A stretch of DNA of 64,000 nucleotides from Candidatus Poribacteria bacterium (GTDB lineage Bacteria > Poribacteria > WGA-4E > WGA-3G), in the NCBI GenBank assembly GCA_022821965.1, contig JAJECN010000037.1, forward strand, positions 145,656 through 209,655, in the 5' to 3' direction. Of the stretch, positions 56,649 to 64,000 are shown piece by piece (the stretch's first letter is position 1; every line of letters starts with the position of its first letter). The translations under genes were made by a program, and so were the position numbers. The notes below the pieces were generated by a model. That model made no database searches and was not told where the DNA came from. It saw nothing but the letters and a program-made list of their open reading frames with translations.

Positions 56649-58313
56649 TCATTTTTGCGTTATCTGGATTCGCTGATTTACTGGTATATTATGGCGTGTT
56701 TGCGTCTCTCCATTCTGCCAAGTAATCTGTAACGTCTCAATACGGGAGGCGTTTCCGACTCCGAATTCAGCAACGAGACTGCTAAAGGACATGTAACTAT
56801 CACCGGCATAAATTTCTCGTATCTGCGTCTGATCTGCCGTTTTCACTTGGATTTTTGCGCCGATAGCATCTCGATTCGCGCCTGTTCCGATCAGTTTGAC
56901 ATGCAGCCAATTGTTTCGCCCTGTTAATATACTGCGGTCGCCCTCATTGCGCAACAGGGTTGGTGGTGCGTGGTTATTGACGATGAAAATATCAACATCG
57001 CCATCGTTGTCATAGTCGCCAAAGGTTGCCCCGCGCCCAACTCGGAGAGGGAGTGCGGCAATCCCCGAGCTTTCACTAACATCGGTAAACATCCCATCCC
57101 CATCGTTTCGGAACAACGCATCAGGTTGAGGGATAAGCACCTCCGGTTGTTTAAGCTCCTGAAAAGTGCTGCCGTTCGTTACAAAGATATCCAAATCTCC
57201 ATCGTTGTCGTAGTCAAAGAACGCTGTCCCCCACCCAATCTGCTTGATACTCTCTTCAGCAAGCATCGCCGTATAGGATTCATCTACAAACCTGATACGT
57301 TCAGCAATCCCATCCTCTATGAACAAATTTCTATAGAGTGCGTTTTCCTCGTCAACCCAGTGACTCATAAAGAGGTCAATATCGCCGTCAGCATCATAAT
57401 CACCGGCAGTGAGTCCCATAGAACCTCGAAAATCCGCCGCCCACGATTCATCGCTAACATCGGCAAACGTCCCGTCACCATTGTTGCGATAGACATGGTT
57501 CGTAGAAGTATCATTCGCAACATAGAGGTCCAGATCATTATCGTTATCAAAATCGCTAAAGACGGCTTGCATACTTCTACCACCCGTTGCTGCTACTCTT
57601 ACCTCGGCAGTTACATCGGTAAAAGTGCCGTCACCGTTGTTCCGATAAAAAACGTTATCTTGGGGTTCAAAAACATGCGGGTTCAGGGCACTCGGCACCG
57701 GTTTTCCAGATTGTAAGGACTCCTCCTTCATCTGTTCCAGTTGATCTAAATCGTAGGTGACATAGTTACAAACGTAGAGATCGAGGTCGGTGTCCCCGTC
57801 CACATCTGCGAAGGCAGCACCGGTACTCCACAACTCACAACCGACACCGGCACTCTCGGTTACATCGGTAAATGTGCTGTTCCCGTTATTCCGATAGAGA
57901 ACGTTCGCACCGTAATTGGTTAGGTAAAGGTCGAGGTCAGCATCCCCGTCGTAATCGGCGAAAACACACCCCATGCCGTATCCTTGATGCCCAACGCCTG
58001 CAGCACGCGTTATATCCGTAAATGTACCATCACCATTATTCCTATACAAGGCATTCATGTTGCCTGCACTGCTGCCAGCGTCTTGTGTAAAGGGACCGGG
58101 GATATTGACAATATAGAGGTCAATGTCCCCGTCGTTGTCGATGTCGGCGAAACCTGCGCCGGACCCCATGTCTTCTGGGAGTAGGCTGGAACGGGTTCCG
58201 CTTGAATGCTGAAAATTGATACCGGCTTCGTTCGTGACATCTGTAAAGGTAACCGCGTTTAGCGTCATAGCCGTTAGCATAGAGATTGCAAACACTACGA
58301 AGAAGGCGGACAT
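56649..58313 (-). CDS. FG-GAP/VCBS repeat plus ASPIC/UnbV protein (CRTAC1-like), paralogue 3
   Basis: Same motif set as the paralogues. ATG 58313 gives the signal peptide MSAFFVVFAISMLTAMTLNA. The longer ORF to 58454 is translated repeat (FATSQFHNFSISNF) and would overlap accC. Confidence 0.85.
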   Translation of the reverse strand: MSAFFVVFAISMLTAMTLNAVTFTDVTNEAGINFQHSSGTRSSLLPEDMGSGAGFADIDNDGDIDLYIVNIPGPFTQDAGSSAGNMNALYRNNGDGTFTDITRAAGVGHQGYGMGCVFADYDGDADLDLYLTNYGANVLYRNNGNSTFTDVTESAGVGCELWSTGAAFADVDGDTDLDLYVCNYVTYDLDQLEQMKEESLQSGKPVPSALNPHVFEPQDNVFYRNNGDGTFTDVTAEVRVAATGGRSMQAVFSDFDNDNDLDLYVANDTSTNHVYRNNGDGTFADVSDESWAADFRGSMGLTAGDYDADGDIDLFMSHWVDEENALYRNLFIEDGIAERIRFVDESYTAMLAEESIKQIGWGTAFFDYDNDGDLDIFVTNGSTFQELKQPEVLIPQPDALFRNDGDGMFTDVSESSGIAALPLRVGRGATFGDYDNDGDVDIFIVNNHAPPTLLRNEGDRSILTGRNNWLHVKLIGTGANRDAIGAKIQVKTADQTQIREIYAGDSYMSFSSLVAEFGVGNASRIETLQITWQNGETQTRHNIPVNQRIQITQK

Positions 58314-58321
58314 GTGATATT

Positions 58322-58421
58322 GGCTTTCGGTTTTCGGCAAGGAGACAGGAAAGTTGGAAATTGAGAAGTTGTGAAATTGTGAAGTTGCGAAGTTATGACC
58401 TCCTAACTTCCTAACTTTCGC
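58322..58421. repeat. Octad-arm (GAAGTTGN) palindromic element preceded by two heptads
   Basis: GGCTTTCGGTTTTCGG, then GAAAGTTG GAAATTGA GAAGTTGT GAAATTGT GAAGTTGC GAAGTTAT, turning into CCTAACTTCC TAACTTTC. Confidence 0.7.
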
Positions 58422-58450
58422 ACACTTGATAACTTTTGGATGACTATTTT

Positions 58451-59809
58451 TCATGTCTCTAAGAAATTCGTAAAAACTGCTCTACCGAGGAAGCGTTCAT
58501 CGTCAAGAATATCCCCGTAGAGTGGAATTGTGGTCTTTATGCCCTCAATCTTGAACTCAGACAATGCGCGTTTCAACCGTGCAATCGCCTCCTCTCGATC
58601 CCTACCCATCGCGATAAGTTTCGCCACGAGTGAGTCGTAGTGCGGAGGCACGGTATAGCCGGTGTAGATATACCCATCAACCCGGACACCGATGCCGCCC
58701 GGAGGCTGGTAGGTTGTGACGAGTCCTGGTGACGGCATGAATTGATTTGCCGGGTCTTCGGCATTAATCCTGCATTCAATAGCGTGTCCTTGAATCTGGA
58801 TATCGGATTGATTATATCCGAGTTCATCACCCATTGCGAGTCGGATCTGTTCCTTAATGAGATCAATGCCGGTGATACTCTCAGTGATAGTGTGCTCGAC
58901 TTGAATCCGGGTATTCATTTCAAGGAAATAAAAATTCTCATCTTTATCAACCACGAACTCAATGGTTCCGGCATTCGTGTAACCGATCGACTTCGCGGCT
59001 TTCGCGGCGGCTTTACAGATTTCAGAACGAAGTTTAGATGAAATTGAGGCAGCGGGTGCTTCTTCGAGCAGTTTCTGCTGTTTACGCTGGATAGAGCACT
59101 CACGTTCACCTAAATGAACAACGTTACCGTGGGTATCGCCCAGAATTTGGACTTCAATATGCCGTGCTTCCTCAATCCATTTTTCAATGTAGACATCACC
59201 GTTGCCAAACGCCGCTTCACCCTCCGCTTTTGCTGTGTGAAAAAGGTTAAAAAGGCTCGGACGGTTTTCAGCGATTCGGATGCCACGCCCACCACCACCT
59301 GCCACGGCTTTAATGCCAACAGGATACCCTATTTTCTCAGCGAGCTCCGCAGCGTCCTCAGCGGTTTCAACTGTCGCCTTCTTGTTATTTCTCCGTCTAC
59401 CACTTCCGCTGCCGGGTACAAGCTTCAAGCCAGCTTTCGACACAGTCTCACGTGCCTTCACCTTGTCACCCATCGTCACGATATCTGTAACAGAGGGTCC
59501 GATGAACTTTATTTCGTGCGCCTCACACATCTCCGCGAACTGCGCATCCTCAGCGAGAAAGCCTGCTCCGGGATGGATCGCGTTGACATTTGCATAATCC
59601 GCGACAGTGATAATACTTGAGTATTTCAGATAACTCGCTGCTGAGGGGGGCGGGCCGATGCAGTATTTCTCGTCAGCGTATTTAACGTGCAGGGCATCTT
59701 CGTCAGCGGTCGAGTAAATCGCTACCGTTTTAATCCCCATGTCTTTACATGCGCGGATGATGCGGACAGCGATCTCACCACGATTTGCTATCAGTATCTT
59801 TTTTATCAT
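58451..59809 (-). CDS. accC: Acetyl-CoA carboxylase biotin carboxylase subunit
   Basis: MIKKILIANRGEIAVRIIRAC... with ATP-grasp motifs, 452 aa. Confidence 0.97.
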   Translation of the reverse strand: MIKKILIANRGEIAVRIIRACKDMGIKTVAIYSTADEDALHVKYADEKYCIGPPPSAASYLKYSSIITVADYANVNAIHPGAGFLAEDAQFAEMCEAHEIKFIGPSVTDIVTMGDKVKARETVSKAGLKLVPGSGSGRRRNNKKATVETAEDAAELAEKIGYPVGIKAVAGGGGRGIRIAENRPSLFNLFHTAKAEGEAAFGNGDVYIEKWIEEARHIEVQILGDTHGNVVHLGERECSIQRKQQKLLEEAPAASISSKLRSEICKAAAKAAKSIGYTNAGTIEFVVDKDENFYFLEMNTRIQVEHTITESITGIDLIKEQIRLAMGDELGYNQSDIQIQGHAIECRINAEDPANQFMPSPGLVTTYQPPGGIGVRVDGYIYTGYTVPPHYDSLVAKLIAMGRDREEAIARLKRALSEFKIEGIKTTIPLYGDILDDERFLGRAVFTNFLET

Positions 59810-59835
59810 GTATTTTTAATGTTCCTTGCGGAAAT

Positions 59836-59925
59836 AATTATCAGTTAACAACTGTCAGTTACCAGAAGATCTTGGTTAAACAAAGCACCTCTTTCACTGA
59901 TAACCGAAAACCGAGAACCGAAAAC
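59836..59925. repeat. Composite heptad-arm element, copy 7
   Basis: AATTATCAGTTAACAACTGTCAGTTACCAG AAGAT...CCTCTTT CACTGATAACCGAAAACCGAGAACCGAAAAC. Confidence 0.8.
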
Positions 59926-59932
59926 TAAAGCA

Positions 59933-60451
59933 CTATGCTTGCTTCACTCGGAACAGAGGCTGTCCATATTCAACCGCCTCGCTATCTTCAGCGAGGATCT
60001 CTAATATCTCACAGTTAAATGGAGCTTCCACTGGATTGTAAGTTTTCATGACTTCAAGGACAGCAACAGGTTCACCCGTGGCAACCACATCCCCGACGTT
60101 CACAAAGGGTGGCTCATCAGGGGCAGGAGAACGGTAGAAGCGTGAAGGCATCGGGGCACTGATGAATCCATTATCCGCCTGCGCGCCCGCCTCCACATTT
60201 GCTTTTTCTGCAGGCAGCTGCGGTGTCCCCGCCGCAATTCCTGTCTCTGCCGGTTGTAGTGCCGGCTGCTCATATCCGCCTGGACTACTCCGGTGTCGGG
60301 AGACCTGCACCTCGAATTCGTTGTCCCGGATACGGACCTCTGTAAGACCAGTGCGGTCAAGGATCTCTGCCAACTGTTCAACAATCTCCAGAGCCTCACT
60401 ATAGTCCTGTTCCGCAGCTTGAGGTTTATCCTTGGATTTGTTTTGACGCAT
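59933..60451 (-). CDS. accB: Biotin carboxyl carrier protein of acetyl-CoA carboxylase
   Basis: C-terminal biotinyl domain with LEVMKTYNPVEA. ATG 60451 is chosen; the upstream GTG 60493 lies inside a 20-bp palindrome. Confidence 0.9.
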   Translation of the reverse strand: MRQNKSKDKPQAAEQDYSEALEIVEQLAEILDRTGLTEVRIRDNEFEVQVSRHRSSPGGYEQPALQPAETGIAAGTPQLPAEKANVEAGAQADNGFISAPMPSRFYRSPAPDEPPFVNVGDVVATGEPVAVLEVMKTYNPVEAPFNCEILEILAEDSEAVEYGQPLFRVKQA

Positions 60452-60463
60452 TTCTGTTTTTAA

Positions 60464-60506
60464 TAGTTGTCGGTGCGTGTTGCTATGCAACACGCACCGA
60501 CAACTA
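60464..60506. repeat. Perfect 20-bp palindrome with a 3-nt loop between efp and accB
   Basis: TAGTTGTCGGTGCGTGTTGC-tat-GCAACACGCACCGACAACTA, abutting the efp stop codon (60507-60509). Confidence 0.85.
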
Positions 60507-61064
60507 CTATATCCTTTCTACATATTTTCCGGTGCGCGTGTCAACTTTGATGCGCGTTTGGTTCTGAACAAACAAAGGAACGTTAACAACGCCACCTGTC
60601 TCAAGTGTCGCACGTTTTGAACCGCCGCTGACAGTGTCGCCCCGTAATCCGGGATCAGTCTCAACGATTTGAAGTTCAACGAAGTTCGGAAGTTCAACCG
60701 CAAGTGGTACCGTTCCTTCCATTTTGACGGTGACAGTCTCACCCTCTTTTAGGAATTTCAGGTCATCTCCAATAAGATTTACAGGGAATGTATATTGTTC
60801 AAATGTTTCATTGTCCATAAACCACAGTACATCACTCTCGCGGTACATATACTGCATCTGGTGATCCATGAGTCTGACGGTTTCGACGTTTTCATTGGAG
60901 CGAAACGTCCTGTCCAAAACGGCACCGTCGGAAACACGTTTAATTTTTGTTCGTGCGAAGGCACCGCCTTTCCCGGGCTTGACGTGCTCACAACTGACGA
61001 TGGTGTAGATAGTATCATTGAGTCGGATGACCAACCCGTTTCGTAAATCGTTAAGTGCTGCCAT
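60507..61064 (-). CDS. efp: Elongation factor P
   Basis: 185 aa. HVKPGKGGAFARTKIK contains the conserved modified-Lys loop. Confidence 0.97.
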   Translation of the reverse strand: MAALNDLRNGLVIRLNDTIYTIVSCEHVKPGKGGAFARTKIKRVSDGAVLDRTFRSNENVETVRLMDHQMQYMYRESDVLWFMDNETFEQYTFPVNLIGDDLKFLKEGETVTVKMEGTVPLAVELPNFVELQIVETDPGLRGDTVSGGSKRATLETGGVVNVPLFVQNQTRIKVDTRTGKYVERI

Positions 61065-61075
61065 TTTCTCCTCTG

Positions 61076-61193
61076 TTAGTAGTTATCAGTAATCAATAGT
61101 AGTTAGTCTTCGGTCATCAGTTTTCGGATAAGAGACTCCCTGATATCCACAAAAACCTCTTGTCTGACTACCGAGAACCGACAACCGATAACC
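61076..61193. repeat. Composite heptad-arm element, copy 8
   Basis: GTTAGTAGTTATCAGTAATCAATAGTAGTTAGTCTTCGGTCATCAGTTTTCGG, TAAGAG...CCTCTT (61156-61161), then GTCTGACTACCGAGAACCGACAACCGATAACC. It ends ...CCGATAACCATTA at the rdgB stop, the same junction as copy 1. Confidence 0.8.
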
Positions 61194-61194
61194 A

Positions 61195-61782
61195 TTAAAG
61201 CAAAGCAATCGCTTGTTCCAACGCCTTTGCCCTATGGCTAATCTGGTTTTTTATTTCCTCTCCCAATTCCGCGAAAGTCTGATCGTAACCCTCGGGTACA
61301 AACACAGGGTCATAACCGAAACCGCTCTCTCCTATAGGGGCATGTCTGATGTGTCCTTCACAAACACCGAGAACTGTCTCAGGCGCAGAATCCGGTTGTA
61401 CGACTGCGATCGCAGCAACGAAACGCGCCCGCCGATCCGTGACACCTTCAAGTCTCTGAAGAAGTTTCTCGATTCGGATAGCATCGGTTGCGTCTTCACC
61501 AGCCCAGCGTTTAGAATTGACACCCGGGGCACCGTTGAGAGCATCTACCTCCAATCCAGCGTCATCAGCGAGGGTGAGAAGGGACGTATACTCGGCAATA
61601 ACGGATGCTTTTTTGGCTGCATTCTCCGTATACGTTTTTCCATCCTCAATTACCTCTGGCGCATCTGGATAACTTTCCAAGGAGATAACCTCGATTTGCT
61701 GCTCGGCGGTTGCTTCGAGGCGGAGCATATCTGTGAGTTCTTTCACCTTCCCCTGGTTACGCGTCGCCAATACGAGCTTCAT
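61195..61782 (-). CDS. rdgB: dITP/XTP pyrophosphatase (non-canonical purine NTP pyrophosphatase)
   Basis: [16 protein letters not shown]... and FGYDPVF motifs. Overlaps the rph stop. Confidence 0.93.
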   Translation of the reverse strand: MKLVLATRNQGKVKELTDMLRLEATAEQQIEVISLESYPDAPEVIEDGKTYTENAAKKASVIAEYTSLLTLADDAGLEVDALNGAPGVNSKRWAGEDATDAIRIEKLLQRLEGVTDRRARFVAAIAVVQPDSAPETVLGVCEGHIRHAPIGESGFGYDPVFVPEGYDQTFAELGEEIKNQISHRAKALEQAIALL

Positions 61783-62515
61783 CTAAATTCTCCAACATCA
61801 TCCGATTCTGAAGGCGGATGAGCTGCTGTATACCCCCAACAGCGAGATCCAGCATCTGATCGTAGTCTTCACGCGAAAAGGGCTTTTCCTCTGCCGTGCC
61901 CTGTATCTCTATAAATTTCCCGCTTCCAGTCATAACAATGTTCATATCAACATCTGCTGTTGAGTCTTCCGAATAGCAGAGATCCAACATCGGTTCACCT
62001 TTGACCAGTCCGACACTCGTTGCGGCAATATTGTCAATGATAGGGAAACTTTCGATTCTTTTGCTTTTAACGAGTTCTTGACAGGCATCCCAGAGGGCAA
62101 TGAAGGCTCCCGTAATCGAGGCAGTACGTGTTCCACCATCCGCTTGAATGACATCACAATCAACCCAGATTGTCTTCTCTTCTAAGGCACCCAAATCAAT
62201 AGCGGCACGTAGGGAACGTCCGATAAGACGTTGAATTTCCTGTGTTCTACCACCAACACTCCCGCGAGTTACCTCACGTTGCATCCGTTGAGAAGTCGAA
62301 CGCGGTAACATCGAGTATTCAGCCGTTACCCACCCCTTATTTTTGATTCGCTGGTCACGCATGAAACGCGGCTGCTGGTCAATAACGGACGCTGTGCATA
62401 TAATATGGGTATCACCTGTCGCAACGAGGACTGAGCCCTCGGCATGTTTGATGTAGTGTCGTTTGATTGTGACGGGGCGCAACTCATCTAACCCGCGTCC
62501 ATCCTCTCTTGCCAT
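61757..62515 (-). CDS. rph: Ribonuclease PH
   Basis: [13 protein letters not shown]...AEGSVLV...[11 protein letters not shown] motifs. Confidence 0.97.
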   Translation of the reverse strand: MAREDGRGLDELRPVTIKRHYIKHAEGSVLVATGDTHIICTASVIDQQPRFMRDQRIKNKGWVTAEYSMLPRSTSQRMQREVTRGSVGGRTQEIQRLIGRSLRAAIDLGALEEKTIWVDCDVIQADGGTRTASITGAFIALWDACQELVKSKRIESFPIIDNIAATSVGLVKGEPMLDLCYSEDSTADVDMNIVMTGSGKFIEIQGTAEEKPFSREDYDQMLDLAVGGIQQLIRLQNRMMLENLDEARIGDA

Positions 62516-62633
62516 TTCTCTCCTTCCTATAGATTATGCAAATCGGACGGATCTAAAGAAGGAAGACATACGATCACAATTTACGTGTCTGTCTTCAGAT
62601 CCACGCAGTAGAAGGACAGCCACAAGGCTGTCT

Positions 62634-62873
62634 CTACATCGTTTTAAGCAAATCTAACGCCTTTGTATAACTTTTCCGCTCAAGATAATGCTGCAGCATT
62701 TTGGGGGCTGCCGGAGTGAGGTCGCGGGACAACGTGTCAATCCGTTCCAACTGCTCTAATATATCCTCGCCCGTTTCAATCCGCGCCAACATTGTCTCTA
62801 ACGCTTGCCTAAGCTCGGCAATTTGAACAGCAAGTTTTGACTCGCCAGCTGCGTCAAAAGGCTCAACTCGCAT
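62634..62873 (-). CDS. Small helical hypothetical protein
   Basis: ATG 62873 (MRVEPFD...) within ORF 62634..62999 overlaps the upstream PhyH stop by 11 nt. No family recognised. Confidence 0.4.
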   Translation of the reverse strand: MRVEPFDAAGESKLAVQIAELRQALETMLARIETGEDILEQLERIDTLSRDLTPAAPKMLQHYLERKSYTKALDLLKTM

Positions 62874-63780
62874 CCGATACCTCCATCTCCTCAACGGCTT
62901 TGCAGGTTCGCAGAGAAACGTTCTTAGGAGGCACGTCGTAACCTTTCCATGCGTACGGATCAACACCAGAAACTGGAATGATGCATCGCCGGTCAGCACT
63001 CGCCGGACGTTCTCCCTCTCTAAGCGACCAAGGTAACAACGACCAAGAATTACAGTAATGACTCACCAAAACCCTGCGATATGTATCACCACGGTTTTTA
63101 CGCGATCGATGGAGTAGATACCCGTTGAAGAAAACTAAAGTGCCGGTTTTAACTTCAACTGGGACCTCATCCGTGTCATCAAAGCCGTAACTCTCCTCCG
63201 CGAAGTCAAACTCATCTGGATTTTCATGAGGCTTCTGCGGATAGAGGTAACCTTGACGGTGTGAACCCGGCAGAATCCATAAGCACCCATTTTCCACGGT
63301 AGCGTCGTCCATTGCTATCCAAGCCCCAATCAAAGAGCGATCGCGCGTCGGAATGTAGATCTCGTCCTGATGCCACGCTTGCCCTTGGAAATTCGGCGGT
63401 TTAACGAAAAGCATAGACTGCATGCACTTGACGCTTCCATCCCAATACGGGAGATGTGCCGCGGCGATCTGGCTCAAGATACCGCAAATTTTCGGGTGTT
63501 TAACGTACCTCTCAATAATCGGACTGACAAAATGCGGTTGATGAATACAAAGGATACGGTTAATCACTTCGGTATCACTGACATCTTCAAGAAGTGGTTC
63601 GAGGTTGTCACACGGATGACCACCTTTAGCGATTGTAACGGTGTCCTGCCGTAATTCCTCTATTTCATCAAGCGAAAGCAGATCTGGAACAACAAGATAC
63701 CCATTGTCCACAAAAAACTGGACCTGCTCGTCGGATACAACTTGTGGCACCTCAATCGGTGCGCTTGGTTCAAAGTTCAT
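62863..63780 (-). CDS. PhyH-family Fe(II)/2-oxoglutarate dioxygenase
   Basis: FFVDNGYLVV, WHQDEIY (HxD) and LLHRSRKN motifs. Confidence 0.85.
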   Translation of the reverse strand: MNFEPSAPIEVPQVVSDEQVQFFVDNGYLVVPDLLSLDEIEELRQDTVTIAKGGHPCDNLEPLLEDVSDTEVINRILCIHQPHFVSPIIERYVKHPKICGILSQIAAAHLPYWDGSVKCMQSMLFVKPPNFQGQAWHQDEIYIPTRDRSLIGAWIAMDDATVENGCLWILPGSHRQGYLYPQKPHENPDEFDFAEESYGFDDTDEVPVEVKTGTLVFFNGYLLHRSRKNRGDTYRRVLVSHYCNSWSLLPWSLREGERPASADRRCIIPVSGVDPYAWKGYDVPPKNVSLRTCKAVEEMEVSDAS

Positions 63781-63847
63781 TTTTTTTATAATTATGTTCG
63801 AGCGATACCTCCGTTGTCGGCATCGGTCTAAAATTGATAAAAACCGA

Positions 63848-63966
63848 AGTAGTTATCAGTTGTCAGTACGGTTTTTCTGCGAAAAACCTTTCAGTTTTCA
63901 GAAAGAGGCTTCGGGAGTATCCCACCCCTCTTGTAACCGATAACCGATAACTGAAAACCGAAAACC
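63848..63966. repeat. Composite heptad-arm element, copy 9
   Basis: AGTAGTTATCAGTTGTCAGTACGG...TTTCAGTTTTCAG AAAGAGG...CCTCTT (63927-63932), then GTAACCGATAACCGATAACTGAAAACCGAAAACC. Confidence 0.8.
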
Positions 63967-64000
63967 ATCTTTAGATTATCAACCGCCTTTTAACGATTAG

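Noticed and set aside
1-64000. tRNA, rRNA, transposase, integrase, prophage or plasmid genes.
   Set aside because: No T-loop/acceptor-type tRNA signatures, rRNA-like segments or recombinase-like ORFs were recognised. Mobility signals are limited to small non-autonomous repeats.

Overview
Bacterial chromosomal window using the standard genetic code. I recognised no rRNA, tRNA, CRISPR array, transposase or integrase. It holds about 56 protein-coding genes. Core genes: uvrB, lexA, a class A PBP, cysC, pncB, accB-accC, efp, rdgB-rph, two M16 peptidases, an M32 carboxypeptidase and a nucleoside hydrolase. Accessory content is mostly secreted or lipoprotein repeat proteins: three FG-GAP/ASPIC 'CRTAC1-like' paralogues, TPR proteins, PQQ-type and TolB-type beta-propellers, and CBM-like proteins. 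There are also two PhyH-family dioxygenases, an ECF sigma/anti-sigma pair and an AAA-ATPase/PD-(D/E)XK plus Uma2 nuclease pair. This suggests an uncultivated environmental lineage, but taxonomy cannot be assigned from the sequence alone. Main observations: (1) A rhodanese-MoeB/MoeZ fusion gene is interrupted by one in-frame TGA exactly at the conserved loop cysteine, with a hairpin 14 nt downstream, making it a candidate selenoprotein. (2) The pst operon is expanded: pstS-pstC-pstA, a voltage-sensor K+ channel, three divergent pstB paralogues whose ATPase motifs are degenerate in a complementary pattern, an extra pstA-like permease, then phoU. (3) Intergenic regions carry at least 12 composite palindromic elements. 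Their arms are tandem 7-nt (GTTRTCA / TGAYAAC) or 8-nt (GGAAGRNN, GAAGTTGN) periodic repeats, usually around an AAGAG...CTCTT core, and one copy lies in-frame inside an 801-aa ORF. There are also REP-like GTAGG hairpins (one inside a CDS) and a ~95-nt MITE-like element present twice, one copy with a 154-nt nested palindromic segment. (4) Two unrelated secreted proteins share the extreme C-terminal motif NKL(T/A)TTWGxLK. (5) A 468-nt ORF-free, hairpin-rich spacer lies upstream of the PBP gene. Non-ORF coordinates were derived by hand and may be off by 1-2 nt.
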